DNA from: Cyanophyceae cyanobacterium | GTDB taxonomy: Bacteria > Cyanobacteriota > Cyanobacteriia > Cyanobacteriales > Laspinemataceae | NCBI GenBank assembly: GCA_038321985.1 | Contig: JBBQFN010000030.1 | Location: 1-62,219, forward strand | DNA length: 62,219 bases | Reading direction: 5' to 3' | Position numbers and translations under genes: made by a program | Shown: in pieces, positions 22,006 to 33,301 of the stretch | How positions within the stretch are numbered: position 1 is the first letter of the stretch | Layout of the letters: every line of letters starts with the position of its first letter | The notes under the pieces: generated by a model | Databases searched by the model: none | What the model was told of the DNA's origin: nothing | What the model saw: only the letters and a program-made list of their open reading frames with translations

Positions 22006-22128
22006 CTAGCGGTTTATACAGTTATGAGGTCTATTTTTTAGGAGTGCTTTCGCCGAGCGTACCGTAGTAGGCTTCGCCCACGCACTCCTAATAGTTATTT
22101 ATAGCGAATGAATCTGAGAAAGGCTATA
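22006..22128. repeat. Dispersed MITE/REP-like element, copy 1
   Basis: Internal stem taggagtgc...gcactccta; shares ordered blocks with 60688-60783. Confidence 0.55.
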
Positions 22129-22201
22129 TTATAAGGAGGAACTGCAATTTGCGGTACAATTAAATGCGTCTTTTAGATTGAATCGGACCTCCCCTAAATT
22201 C

Positions 22202-23515
22202 ATGCTAGAAATCAACAATCCTAACTTATATTTATTTAGCTACCATCTCAAAGAAAGTCTAGCCAGTAGTCACCAAGATTATTACGCGGCTTTAGAAAAA
22301 TTAGTGAGCTATCTTTCTCCCTCAAATGCCGGCGTGATCGCCCTGGAACCCCGGGAAACTTTTCTAGCTCTTAATACCAATCCCACCGCCGATTTAAATT
22401 TTAAAGGAACCTTAAACAACCATACGATTAAAGGACGTTATTTGCGGCGAATTCTCAATGATAGTTATGCTTTAATTTTTGACGGGTCGGTTCAGGAAAG
22501 ATATAACACGCATCAAATCCAGAGTCTTTTAATTAGTTTAAAGTCATTAACCCCTGAACCCTTTTCTCCTCAAAATTTAGGACAAACCTGGCTCTTATCC
22601 GGAGTAGTGGAAGATGGTACTCTAACTCAGATAGAACGGCTAGCGGAAGAGAGTTATAAAACCTTAATCTCTCCCGAGGGTTGGCACTATCGAGAGACGG
22701 GGGATTATCTAGGGGTGAAACTTTATGAATTTTGGAGGGCTTCTGAGGACAAGAAATGGGAGAATATCCAAGCCAATAGTCATTTACTCCTGGTTCTGTA
22801 TCCCGACCGCGAAACCTTTAAAGCGGGATGGGGGTTTTATCAACAATGGCAGCAGGTTCTATGGGGTCGCCATCAGATAATTAGGGCGTATCACAACAGC
22901 CAACTCCTGATAACTCAGCTAATGGAGGGATATCAACAGGTCGAGGCGATCGCCGATTATTCTGGGTTGAGTCTCTATCGCCTTAAAACAATAATGGATT
23001 CTCTAGGGGAAGTGATTAGCCAGTTCAACGCTTTAGAGATGAATCTCCATTTGATTGAAACCACTGTGGCTCGTTATGATAAATATTGCCATCAGTTAGA
23101 ACATGATGCCGATGGTTTAGGCTTAACTGACTTAAAGTTGCTCAAAAACTTTAGCCAGGGGGTAAAAGAGATTTATTTACCCCAGATTCAAGCAGAAATT
23201 AATCAGTTTCGCTTAAAGTTGGAACGGGTAGAAGATTTAACCCAGACGCTTGGTAGTCTCGTAGAAATTCGACAGGCCCAACGCGATCGCACTTTAAAAA
23301 CAGCCCTGGGCATTGTTGGGGTCGGATTGGGTACAGGTTGTATAGTAGCCGTGGCATCTTCAAATCATCTCCCCGGGATGAATAAGTTTCCTTTGGTCAA
23401 TAGTGGGACGGGTTCAGGGTTGCCCGGGCTCTTATTATTTAGTGTGATATGCGGGGGGGTTGCGAGTTTAGTGACATTTTTGGCCGTCGCCCTGTGGCAA
23501 AAAGTAGGGAAGTGA
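22202..23515 (+). CDS. Hypothetical protein: soluble N-terminal domain, coiled coil, two C-terminal TMs (CorA-like layout)
   Basis: About 437 aa ORF; LVEIRQAQRDRTL then two hydrophobic helices. Confidence 0.75.
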   Translation: MLEINNPNLYLFSYHLKESLASSHQDYYAALEKLVSYLSPSNAGVIALEPRETFLALNTNPTADLNFKGTLNNHTIKGRYLRRILNDSYALIFDGSVQERYNTHQIQSLLISLKSLTPEPFSPQNLGQTWLLSGVVEDGTLTQIERLAEESYKTLISPEGWHYRETGDYLGVKLYEFWRASEDKKWENIQANSHLLLVLYPDRETFKAGWGFYQQWQQVLWGRHQIIRAYHNSQLLITQLMEGYQQVEAIADYSGLSLYRLKTIMDSLGEVISQFNALEMNLHLIETTVARYDKYCHQLEHDADGLGLTDLKLLKNFSQGVKEIYLPQIQAEINQFRLKLERVEDLTQTLGSLVEIRQAQRDRTLKTALGIVGVGLGTGCIVAVASSNHLPGMNKFPLVNSGTGSGLPGLLLFSVICGGVASLVTFLAVALWQKVGK

Positions 23516-23584
23516 TGCCCTGGGTACTCCCGGCGATCGCACGTTACCCCTGTTAAAATAGGTCTAGCACACTTACGTGGAGAA

Positions 23585-24289
23585 ATGGCTATGGTCACAG
23601 AAGTGCGATCGCCCGAACCCCAGGCAACCCTCATCTACCCGGACAGCGACGGTGAAAGAATGGCAGACAATACCCAGCAATTTGAGTTAATCGTTTGGAT
23701 TAAAGAAAACTTAGAACGGGTATATGCTCAGGATCCGAATGTCTTCGTCGCCGGAGACTTATTATGGTATCCCGTGGAAGGAAATAATAAACTCAGACAA
23801 GCGCCAGATGTGATGGTAGCCTTTGGACGACCCAAAGGATATCGCGGGTCTTACCAACAGTGGCGCGAGGAGAATATCCCCCCGCAAGTCGTCTTTGAAA
23901 TTTGGTCTCCAGGAAATCGTCCGTCCCAAATGGCGAAGAAATTTGCCTTTTATCAAGAGTACGGTGTTGAAGAATACTACCTATACCATCCCGACTTACT
24001 GGATTTAGCCGGATGGTCCAAGTCTGAGGGCAGTTTACAGCCGATCGAACAAATGGACGGTTGGGTGAGTCCCCGTCTCGCGGTGCGATTTCAACTCGCG
24101 GAAGCAGGATTGCAACTGTACCGTCCTGATGGCGAACCTTTTCTAACTACGTTGGAACTAGAGGAACGGGCGCGGCAAGCAGAAGAACGGGCGCAAATAG
24201 CTGAATCTGAACTGGAACGAGAACGCCAGAAATCCCAGGTACTCGCCGATCGCCTGCGTGAAATGGGAATCGATCCAGACGCGTTGTAA
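23585..24289 (+). CDS. Uma2-family protein with C-terminal coiled coil
   Basis: YPDSDGERMADNT, FVAGDLLWYP, APDVMVAFGRPKG, VVFEIWSP, GVEEYYLY. Confidence 0.9.
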   Translation: MAMVTEVRSPEPQATLIYPDSDGERMADNTQQFELIVWIKENLERVYAQDPNVFVAGDLLWYPVEGNNKLRQAPDVMVAFGRPKGYRGSYQQWREENIPPQVVFEIWSPGNRPSQMAKKFAFYQEYGVEEYYLYHPDLLDLAGWSKSEGSLQPIEQMDGWVSPRLAVRFQLAEAGLQLYRPDGEPFLTTLELEERARQAEERAQIAESELERERQKSQVLADRLREMGIDPDAL

Positions 24290-24459
24290 TGCCGATGTGA
24301 TCGTCTCGGCCAACCCCTCGACGATCGCATTTATCCTCTGGACGATCGCACGAATACCCGCAAAAATTCCCCTTAAAAACTACGCCAATCCCTCCTCGCT
24401 TCCGTCAAAATCTCCTTACAGATTTAAACCCTCATTACCCTCTCAAAGGAGTTCATATC

Positions 24460-24927
24460 ATGCAAATCAACTTAGAATCTCCAACTTTTGCGATCGCACC
24501 GGGCAGTTTGCGGCAAGTTCACCACATCGCATTTAACGTCAGCGATTTGGAAGCATCCCGCCATTTTTATGGTCGGATCCTCGGGTTGCACGAACTGACT
24601 GGGGATGACATTCCCACCACCTTGCGCGAGTTAGTGGCAACGGGGAAAGTTGCTAATTTTGTTACCCCAGATGGGACTGTTATCGATTTATTTTATGAAC
24701 CTGATTTATTACCCCCGGACCCGGACCCGAAATGTGCATTTACCCGTGCCAATCACCTCGCCTTCGATATTGATCCGCAGTTATTTGACGCGGCAGTTGA
24801 GGCGCTTAAAGCCCATCAGGTTGCGATCGATAGCGGTCCTGTTACCCGTCCTACAGGACGCGGGATCTACTTTTACGATCCCGATGGGTTTATGATCGAG
24901 ATCCGTTGCAATCCCCTCGACAGTTGA
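24460..24927 (+). CDS. VOC/glyoxalase family protein
   Basis: VHHIAFNVSDLEASRHFY, NHLAF, IYFYDPDGFMIEI. Confidence 0.9.
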   Translation: MQINLESPTFAIAPGSLRQVHHIAFNVSDLEASRHFYGRILGLHELTGDDIPTTLRELVATGKVANFVTPDGTVIDLFYEPDLLPPDPDPKCAFTRANHLAFDIDPQLFDAAVEALKAHQVAIDSGPVTRPTGRGIYFYDPDGFMIEIRCNPLDS

Positions 24928-25594
24928 CTCAGAAAAGTCCGATCCGAGTCCGGGAAACTCAGATTTCTGAGTGAAGAAATCCCAGAAAATCTCCCCCCTC
25001 CTCGGTATGGAGTAACTCTAGCCGCCATTGGGGTAAAAATCCCTGAAAATTTATCTGTAAAACGGGATACCAAATCCCTATTTTCCGCAATCGCCGGATA
25101 CCTCTTTCCCCTAAAAGGATTCGGTTTGATGTTGCCACGAAGGGTCAATCCTTTGATGCCTGATTACCCCATTCCCTATTCCCGATCCTCAGGCGATCGC
25201 CCGTTGATCCTCCTCATGAAGCACCTACTTATAAAATAAGCCTTTCGCGATCGCGAAAGGCTTTTCCATTACATCTACCGAAACGATGACATCCGATCGG
25301 TTAAGGTGTTTTTTGGCAAACCCATTTCCGAATATTTAATCGAAAATTCATAACTTCCGCAACTTCGTGGCCTGTTGGCCGCCGGAAAAATCTATCCCTA
25401 ATCCATGCTAAAAACCCATTTTCCTGGGGATTTTACTGAAGAGGACAGCGGGTCAGAACTCTCGCCCTGGCGCTGTTACAACATTCGTTCTGTTTCTCTA
25501 GATTATCTTGAGATAGAGAAAGTCTGTGAATTTTCTTAAGTAGAAATCCCCAAAAAGGACTCTATATTATGATCCGTCCCGGCGACGCTCTCAA

Positions 25595-25990
25595 TTAAGC
25601 GGCTTCGGTTTCGCCATCTTTTTCTGACTCGTCCACTTGAATTAAATGAATATGCTTGTAACCCAGCTTAATTTCAAACTCGTCACCGGGTTTCAAACCC
25701 ATTGCTTGGGTGTAGGTTGAACCAATTACGAGCTGACCATTTTGGTGGACGGAAACGCGATAGCTTGCTTCTCTACCCCGCGTGCTCTTTTTGGCTTCCG
25801 GATCCAAGGCGATGCCTCTGGCTTCGAGCAGTGCATCATAAAAGTCAGTCAGATTGACCCGAGTTTCCCCACCTTTTGTGGTGGTATAGTAACCACAAGC
25901 CTTTGCTAACTCTCGCCGGGGTAAGTTGGCGAGTTCTTTTGCCTTCTTGAGCAGTCCTTTTCCTCTTAGGGCAGTTGCTGTTTCAGCCAT
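25595..25990 (-). CDS. Cyanobacterial AbrB-like transcriptional regulator (cyAbrB)
   Basis: AKACGYY, FYDALLEA, RGREASYRVSVHQNGQLVIGSTYT, PGDEFEIKLGYKHI. Confidence 0.93.
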   Translation of the reverse strand: MAETATALRGKGLLKKAKELANLPRRELAKACGYYTTTKGGETRVNLTDFYDALLEARGIALDPEAKKSTRGREASYRVSVHQNGQLVIGSTYTQAMGLKPGDEFEIKLGYKHIHLIQVDESEKDGETEAA

Positions 25991-26595
25991 TATTAATTCC
26001 TTACTAACTCTTCTTACAAGAATTATTATAAACGAACTTCAAAAAAATACAACACCTATTTTTCAAATTTAATTACTCAGACTCTACGATGCCGACCCTG
26101 CGATCAAAGGAATTTCTCAACTCGTGGCCCTTGGCATTGAACCGCTATTTTTCAGTACCAGACCATTGACTCCTCTCTATTGCAGAGGCTTTCTCCTTTT
26201 CATTCCATCCCCGGTGATTATTCCTGCCTCTTCTCCCTTAAAACCTTTTGCTTTAAGAAAAAAGAAAAGTTGATAAAACTGCACAGATTTATGATAAGGG
26301 CTGAAATAGGTGAGGAATCAGAAGATTATGCTCAATTGCCAAGGTCACCGACGAACCCCTGTCACGCCTAATCCTACCCAACTCACCAATCACCGAGTCG
26401 CTAACCTGTTTTGGTCTTAATAGTCTCGATGCGGTTTCCACACAGGAAATCCCCCGAAAAATTTCCCCTATTGGGAGGCAGAGGATACTTTTATAATTAA
26501 TCATCTCAGTAGAAGAGAATCTTTTGTGTTTAGGTCTATCTAAAATATTGACCCAGGGAACCGGAGATAAAAGGTGATCTCACATCAGGGAGGTG

Positions 26596-26670
26596 GGGGT
26601 GATTGGGGTGATTACTAATCACTAATGATTGATGATTAATGACTAACGGCCCCTAGCCCCTATCTAACCA
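26596..26670. repeat. Short degenerate tandem repeats (STRR-like)
   Basis: ggggtgatt x2, actaatc/actaatg/attaatg/actaacg, gccccta x2. Confidence 0.5.
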
Positions 26671-26924
26671 CCCATGACCCCTTACTTTGGGGGCAAAGGA
26701 GCGATGATATTCAACAAAACTGGGGCAACTTTACCAAAGCAATGGGGAGAAAACCCCCCAATGCTTTGGGGGGAGAGAGTTTTAGCCCTAAAATAGAGCC
26801 GATTTGGCCCCGGGTTTGAGGCAAAAACTTTAAACAGATTACTCAGGGGTATAGCCAGACGATCCCAAATCGATGTAGCATGATCCCGGTGTCGATCTCA
26901 AAACCCATTCAATCAAGAGGTCTC

Positions 26925-27296
26925 ATGGTGTTCTCTCTTAATGAAAGGTCATTTAAACAAGAAGTTTTAGAAGCTACCACTCCTGTTCTCGTGAATTTTT
27001 GGGCACCTTGGTGCGGTATTTGTCGGTTGATTAACCCGATTTTGAAGGGATTGGAGACCGAATGGGGCGAAACGGTGAAAATTGTCGGAATTAATGCCGA
27101 TCAGACCTTAAAGCTGGCGAGTACCTATCGGATCGCGACTTTGCCAACCCTGATTTTGTTTGATGGCGGCTCCGTCATTCATCGGATTGAGGGGTTCCAA
27201 GGACGGGACGACTTAACTCAAGAGCTAAGGTCCCTGCTACTGAACACCCAAAAGATGCACTCCTATTCCCAGTTGCAACCTGCTATCAATTCCTGA
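26925..27296 (+). CDS. trxC: Atypical thioredoxin, TrxC type
   Basis: Active site WCGIC instead of WCGPC; thioredoxin fold; upstream of ndhF1. Confidence 0.75.
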   Translation: MVFSLNERSFKQEVLEATTPVLVNFWAPWCGICRLINPILKGLETEWGETVKIVGINADQTLKLASTYRIATLPTLILFDGGSVIHRIEGFQGRDDLTQELRSLLLNTQKMHSYSQLQPAINS

Positions 27297-27499
27297 TGAG
27301 AGACTCTCGTCAGGAATTTTTTACATGAAGCAGCATTTTCCTGGGTTAGTCAAATTGCCTGCACTGCGGGCGATCGCATCCCTCATTCTTAAGAAGTGGA
27401 AAAACCCAACCCCATCTAGCCTAGGTGGGGTTTTTCCTGTGGGGTTCAGGGGTGAAGGCTGGGCAGAAAATTATTGGGTTGGGTGTTGCGGTCGTAATT

Positions 27500-27562
27500 G
27501 TAGGGTGCGTCAGACTCTCAACATTGGGCAATTCAGGAAGAAGAGGTTGATTTGATGCACCT
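27500..27562. repeat. REP-like element
   Basis: GTAGGGTGCGTCA...TGATGCACC stem starting with GTAG. Confidence 0.5.
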
Positions 27563-27753
27563 CGGGCTAAATCCCCAAAATAGGGTCAATCCGGGCTAGG
27601 TCAAGCGATCGCAGATTATATCAGAAAACTCAATAAATGCAAATGAGTGAATATCGCTATGATATCCCTAGCGTCCAGTTTCTCGGACTGGTCTATGTCA
27701 AAATGTTAACCAATGAGTTAACTCAGTAAAGAAGTATTAAGTGGGCGTCAGCG

Positions 27754-29823
27754 ATGGAACCAATTTATCAGTATGCTTGGCTGATCCCAGTTCTGCCATT
27801 GGCAGGAGCAATGCTGGTCGGCCTGGGCCTGATTTCTTATAACAAGACGACGAACAGTCTGCGGCAAGTTAGTGCCGCATTCCTGGTCTCCTTAGTAGGG
27901 GCAGCAATGGTCTTCTCCTTTGCATTGCTATGGAGTCAAATCCAAGGACATGAAACCTACACCCGCACCCTGGAATGGGCGGCTGCCGGAAATTTTCACT
28001 TAAGGATGGGTTACACCATTGACCATCTCTCGGCGCTGATGCTGGCGATCGTGACTACGGTGGCCCTTTTGGTGATGATTTACACCGATGGCTACATGGC
28101 TCATGATCCCGGATATGTGCGGTTTTATTCATACCTGAGCCTGTTTAGCTCCTCAATGTTGGGGCTGGTGATCAGTCCTAACCTGGTTCAGGTTTATATC
28201 TTTTGGGAACTCGTCGGGATGTGTTCCTACTTGCTGATCGGATTTTGGTTCGATCGCAAACCGGCGGCAGATGCCTGTCAAAAAGCATTTGTCGTTAACC
28301 GCGTCGGCGACTTCGGTCTGCTGCTGGGGATTTTAGGCTTATATTGGGCAACCGATAGCTTTGATTTTCAAATCATGGGCGATCGCCTGGAAGATCTGGT
28401 CCAATCTGGGGCGATCGGTGCAGGAGTAGCCGCCTTACTTGCCGTCTTAGTCTTTCTAGGACCCGTTGCCAAATCTGCCCAATTCCCCTTGCACGTCTGG
28501 CTACCCGACGCCATGGAAGGTCCTACACCCATCTCGGCATTAATCCACGCCGCCACGATGGTAGCCGCTGGAGTCTTCTTAATTGCCCGGATGTACCCCG
28601 TCTTTGAACACATCCCCAGCGCCATGACTATCATCGCCTGGACTGGATGTTTCACCGCCTTCCTGGGCGCAACGATCGCCCTGACTCAAACTGACATCAA
28701 AAAAGGATTAGCCTACTCCACCATGTCCCAATTGGGGTACATGGTCATGGCAATGGGAATAGGGGCCTATAGTGCCGGGTTATTTCACCTGATGACCCAC
28801 GCCTACTTTAAAGCCATGCTCTTTCTCGGGTCTGGATCCGTGATTCATGGCATGGAAGAAGTAGTGGGGCATGACCCCACCCTGGCCCAAGATATGCGAT
28901 TAATGGGTGGACTTCGCAAATATATGCCAATCACCTCCATTACCTTCGCAGTCGGCACCCTCGCCATTTCGGGGATTCCGCCCTTTGCCGGATTCTGGTC
29001 CAAAGACGAAATCCTCGGGGCCGCCTTTGAAGCAAACCCGCTTCTGTGGGGGGTCGGTTGGCTGACTGCCGGGATGACCGCCTTCTATATGTTCCGGATG
29101 TACTTCATGACCTTTGAAGGACCCTTCCGAGGCAACGACATCGAGATTCGTCACGCCCTCAAAACTGAAGCCGAAGCCGGGGAACCCATCCTTGCCTTTG
29201 GTCCCGGTGCGATGGACCCTCGGGAACTGGAAGCCAGCCATGATGACCACTCTCACGGTCATCACAGCGAATATCCTCACGAATCGCCTTTGAGCATGAC
29301 CTTCCCCTTGATGGCCCTGGCCGTGCCCTCGGTGCTGATTGGGTTAGTGGGTACCCCTTTTGCGAATTACTTTGAGCAGTTTATTCACCCCCCGAGTGAA
29401 TCCCTGCTTGAAATTGCCGAACACGCCGAAGAATTCAACCTCACCGAATTTTTGGTGATGGGGGGCAGTTCCGTCGGAATTGCCTTGATTGGGATTACCT
29501 TGGCATCCCTGATGTACTTGAGTCGAAAAATCGACCCAGGGGCGATCGCCACCCAAATCAAACCCCTCTACTTGCTTTCCCGCAAGAAATGGTACTTTGA
29601 CGAAATCTACAACTCCCTGTTTGTCATCGGTTCGCGCCGGTTAGCCCGACAGGTCATGGAAGTGGATTATCGCGTCGTTGATGGGGCCGTCAACCTCACC
29701 GGGTTGATTACCGTCATCAGTGGCGAAGGGCTCAAATACTTTGAAAACGGTCGCGCCCAATTCTACGCCTTGATCGTCTTTGTTGCCGTTCTGGGCTTAG
29801 TGATTCTTTCTGGCGTGACTTAA
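27754..29823 (+). CDS. ndhF: NAD(P)H-quinone oxidoreductase subunit 5 (NdhF1)
   Basis: YQYAWLIPVLP, KSAQFPLHVWLPDAMEGPTP, THAYFKAMLF, His-rich loop. Confidence 0.96.
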   Translation: MEPIYQYAWLIPVLPLAGAMLVGLGLISYNKTTNSLRQVSAAFLVSLVGAAMVFSFALLWSQIQGHETYTRTLEWAAAGNFHLRMGYTIDHLSALMLAIVTTVALLVMIYTDGYMAHDPGYVRFYSYLSLFSSSMLGLVISPNLVQVYIFWELVGMCSYLLIGFWFDRKPAADACQKAFVVNRVGDFGLLLGILGLYWATDSFDFQIMGDRLEDLVQSGAIGAGVAALLAVLVFLGPVAKSAQFPLHVWLPDAMEGPTPISALIHAATMVAAGVFLIARMYPVFEHIPSAMTIIAWTGCFTAFLGATIALTQTDIKKGLAYSTMSQLGYMVMAMGIGAYSAGLFHLMTHAYFKAMLFLGSGSVIHGMEEVVGHDPTLAQDMRLMGGLRKYMPITSITFAVGTLAISGIPPFAGFWSKDEILGAAFEANPLLWGVGWLTAGMTAFYMFRMYFMTFEGPFRGNDIEIRHALKTEAEAGEPILAFGPGAMDPRELEASHDDHSHGHHSEYPHESPLSMTFPLMALAVPSVLIGLVGTPFANYFEQFIHPPSESLLEIAEHAEEFNLTEFLVMGGSSVGIALIGITLASLMYLSRKIDPGAIATQIKPLYLLSRKKWYFDEIYNSLFVIGSRRLARQVMEVDYRVVDGAVNLTGLITVISGEGLKYFENGRAQFYALIVFVAVLGLVILSGVT

Positions 29824-30056
29824 AATTCCTTCGTCACTCCCCCAGAAGCCAGAATTCCAGCATCATTGCCTCGGAGTTAATTCTGGCTTCTGTAGTGTGA
29901 CGGGTAAGTTTTCATACTAAATCCGGTTGTAAAATACCCACCCCCTCAAGGGTGGGGCTTAGGGCTATAGCCCGCAGGCGCAGGCTAAGAGAAGAAAGGA
30001 GACTTTTAACGACCGGATTTAGTATCTTTGATGAATTTTGGTAGCGATCTATAAAC

Positions 30057-31634
30057 ATGGCTGAATTTCCTTGGCTGACTACAATTATCCTGTTTCCGAT
30101 CGCGGCATCCCTACTCATCCCTGTCATCCCTGATCAAAATGGGCGCACGGTGCGGTGGTATGCCCTAATCGTCGGACTCATTGACTTTGCTCTCATTGTT
30201 TACACATTCTGCAACCATTACGACCTCAGCAATCCCAACATCCAGCTTTTTGAAAGCTATTCTTGGGTTCCTGCCTTAGACCTAAACTGGTCTGTAGGGG
30301 CGGATGGGTTATCCATGCCCCTGATTATTCTCACCGGGTTTATCACGACCCTAGCAATTTTGGCCTCTTGGCCCGTAACCTTAAAGCCGAAGCTGTTTTT
30401 CTTCTTGATTTTGGCAATGTATGGCGGACAGATTGCCGTCTTTGCTGTCCAGGATATGCTGTTGTTCTTCCTGGTATGGGAACTGGAACTAATTCCGGTG
30501 TACCTGCTGCTGTCCATCTGGGGGGGTAAAAAACGCCTCTATGCAGCCACCAAGTTTATCCTGTACACCGCAGGCGGTTCCCTGTTTATTCTGCTAGCTG
30601 CCCTGGCAATGGCATTCTACGGGGATACCGTCACCTTTGATATGCAGTCCCTTGCCGCGAAAGACTACGCCATTAACTTAGAACTATTGCTCTATGCGGC
30701 GTTTTTAATTGCCTACGGGGTCAAACTGCCCATCTTCCCCCTGCATACCTGGTTACCCGATGCTCACGGGGAAGCAACCGCCCCGGTGCATATGTTACTC
30801 GCCGGAATTCTGCTGAAGATGGGCGGATACGCCATCATCCGCATGAATGCCCAAATGTTACCCGACGCTCACGCGGTCTTCGCACCGATGTTAGTGATAC
30901 TCGGGGTGGTGAATATCATTTATGCTGCTCTCACATCTTTCGCACAAAGAAACCTCAAACGAAAAATTGCCTATTCCTCGATTTCTCACATGGGATTTGT
31001 GCTAATCGGGATTGGTTCATTTACGGATCTCGGGTTAAGTGGTGCGGTGCTGCAAATGATATCCCACGGGTTAATTGGGGCGAGTTTGTTCTTCATGGTT
31101 GGAGCAACCTACGATCGCACTCACACCCTGATGTTAGATGAAATGGGCGGCATCGGACAAAAGATGAAACGCTCATTTGCCATGTGGACCACCTGTTCCT
31201 TAGCCTCCTTAGCGTTGCCCGGAATGAGTGGATTTGTGGCCGAGTTGATGGTATTTGTTGGCTTTGCCACCAGCGATGCGTACAGTATCACTTTCCGGGT
31301 GGTGGTAGTGTTCTTAGCGGCAGTTGGGGTGATTCTCACGCCGATTTACCTGCTGTCCATGCTGCGAGAAATGTTATATGGACCGGAGAATAAGGAATTA
31401 ATCGAACATGAAGCGCTGATTGATTCCGAACCCCGGGAAGTGTTTATCATTGCTTGCCTGTTGGTGCCCATTATTGGGATTGGGTTATATCCGAAGATTG
31501 TTACCCAAATCTATGATGCGACAACGGTACAATTAACCGCGAGGTTACGTGACTCAGTACCGACATTGGCAGGAGGCGCATCGGTTGCTTTAGTAGAACC
31601 GATTGAAGCCCCGGCAATTGGTAGTAGTCGCTAG
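30057..31634 (+). CDS. ndhD: NAD(P)H-quinone oxidoreductase subunit 4 (NdhD1)
   Basis: [42 protein letters not shown]; follows ndhF1. Confidence 0.96.
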   Translation: MAEFPWLTTIILFPIAASLLIPVIPDQNGRTVRWYALIVGLIDFALIVYTFCNHYDLSNPNIQLFESYSWVPALDLNWSVGADGLSMPLIILTGFITTLAILASWPVTLKPKLFFFLILAMYGGQIAVFAVQDMLLFFLVWELELIPVYLLLSIWGGKKRLYAATKFILYTAGGSLFILLAALAMAFYGDTVTFDMQSLAAKDYAINLELLLYAAFLIAYGVKLPIFPLHTWLPDAHGEATAPVHMLLAGILLKMGGYAIIRMNAQMLPDAHAVFAPMLVILGVVNIIYAALTSFAQRNLKRKIAYSSISHMGFVLIGIGSFTDLGLSGAVLQMISHGLIGASLFFMVGATYDRTHTLMLDEMGGIGQKMKRSFAMWTTCSLASLALPGMSGFVAELMVFVGFATSDAYSITFRVVVVFLAAVGVILTPIYLLSMLREMLYGPENKELIEHEALIDSEPREVFIIACLLVPIIGIGLYPKIVTQIYDATTVQLTARLRDSVPTLAGGASVALVEPIEAPAIGSSR

Positions 31635-31652
31635 GTTCTCTACAATTTATTT

Positions 31653-31677
31653 AAGGACACGGCTATACCGTGTCCTT
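31653..31677. repeat. REP-like hairpin, possibly terminator after ndhD
   Basis: aaggacacgg-ctata-ccgtgtcctt perfect stem. Confidence 0.6.
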
Positions 31678-31735
31678 GCAGTAAAGGTAGTTTTAATTAG
31701 CTGCCTTTTTTTATAATCATTTATACTCGCAACCT

Positions 31736-33202
31736 ATGACATTCCAACCGATTATCCTCTGGTATCGCAACGATTTGCGCGTACATGATCACGAATCACT
31801 CCATCGCGCCATCCAAACCCATTCACCGATTATCCCGATCTATTGTTTCGACCCCAGACAATTTTCTACAACGGCTTATGGGTTTCCAAAAACTGGCCCA
31901 TTCCGTGCCCAGTTTTTACTTGAAAGTGTGACGAACCTGCGTCAATCCCTGCAAAACTTGGGCAGTGACTTAATTATTAAAATTGGAAAACCTGAATCAA
32001 TTTTACCGCAAATCGCCCAAGAAGTCAATGCTTCAGCGATTTATTTCCATCAGGAAGTAACAGCGGAAGAAATTGCAGTAGAAACGGCACTGTCTCAAGC
32101 TGTTAAACCCTTGAATATTGCTCTCCAATCCTTCTGGGGACATACTCTATATCATTGCGATCACCTGCCATTTGATATTCTCCATATTCCCGAACTGTTC
32201 ACTCACTTTCGCAAACAAGTCGAAAAAACAGCAACACCAGATTCCTGCTTTCCCACCCCTACCCAGTTGCCACCATTACCGGAAATTGAGACAGGGAACT
32301 TACCCAGCTTAACGGAATTAGGAGTAGAGAAAGTTGCGATCGCCTCCAAAGCAGTCCTCCCGTTTACCGGAGGAGAAAGCGCCGGAATTGCCCGATTGCA
32401 GGACTATATCTGGACAGGCGATCGCCTGCGAACCTACAAAGAAACCCGCAACGGAATGCTTGGTCCCGACTATTCCTCCAAATTTTCCCCCTGGTTATCC
32501 TTGGGTTGCCTCTCCCCACGCTACATTTACCAACAAGTCCAAAACTACGAAATCCAACGCATCAAAAACGACTCCACCTACTGGCTAATATTCGAGTTAC
32601 TTTGGCGAGATTACTTCCGGTTTATATGTGCCAAACATGGTAACGCCATCTTCCGTCAATCCGGATTACAAGGGGTCACCATTCCCTGGGAAGAAGACTG
32701 GCAAAAATTCACCCTCTGGCAACAAGGAAAAACTGGCTTTCCCCTTGTAGATGCCAATATGCGCGAACTCGCTGCCACCGGATTCATGTCCAATCGAGGC
32801 AGACAAAACGTCGCCAGTTTCCTGACTAAAAACCTCGGCATCAATTGGCAAATGGGGGCGGAATGGTTCGAGTCCCTGCTCATTGATTATGATGTTTGTA
32901 GCAATTGGGGAAACTGGAATTACACCGCTGGCGTGGGAAATGATGCTAGGGGGTTTCGATTTTTTAATATTATCAAGCAATCCAAAGATTATGACCCCGA
33001 CGGCAAGTATGTAAAGCAGTGGTTACCTGAGTTGGCAGCAATTCCAGCAGCTAAAGTACATGAACCTTGGAAATTATTGGAAGTGGAACAGCAGCGGTTC
33101 GGGGTAAAAATTGGGATAGATTATCCTCATGCTATCGTTGATTTATTTGAGTCAGCGGAAGCAAATGAGCAGGTTTATAAAGCTGCTTTCAAACGTTTGT
33201 AG
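31736..33202 (+). CDS. DASH-family cryptochrome
   Basis: WYRNDLRVHD, YKETRNGMLGPDYSSKFSPWL, GFMSNRGRQNVAS, DYDVCSNWGNW. Confidence 0.93.
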   Translation: MTFQPIILWYRNDLRVHDHESLHRAIQTHSPIIPIYCFDPRQFSTTAYGFPKTGPFRAQFLLESVTNLRQSLQNLGSDLIIKIGKPESILPQIAQEVNASAIYFHQEVTAEEIAVETALSQAVKPLNIALQSFWGHTLYHCDHLPFDILHIPELFTHFRKQVEKTATPDSCFPTPTQLPPLPEIETGNLPSLTELGVEKVAIASKAVLPFTGGESAGIARLQDYIWTGDRLRTYKETRNGMLGPDYSSKFSPWLSLGCLSPRYIYQQVQNYEIQRIKNDSTYWLIFELLWRDYFRFICAKHGNAIFRQSGLQGVTIPWEEDWQKFTLWQQGKTGFPLVDANMRELAATGFMSNRGRQNVASFLTKNLGINWQMGAEWFESLLIDYDVCSNWGNWNYTAGVGNDARGFRFFNIIKQSKDYDPDGKYVKQWLPELAAIPAAKVHEPWKLLEVEQQRFGVKIGIDYPHAIVDLFESAEANEQVYKAAFKRL

Positions 33203-33301
33203 TAACGACTGAAGTCGTTTCCGGATGTAGGGAGAGACTAGAAAAATTCTTGTTTCTCCCGTTGCTCTCATTATTCGGCGTGAATACCTAGGTTATGTAA
33301 A

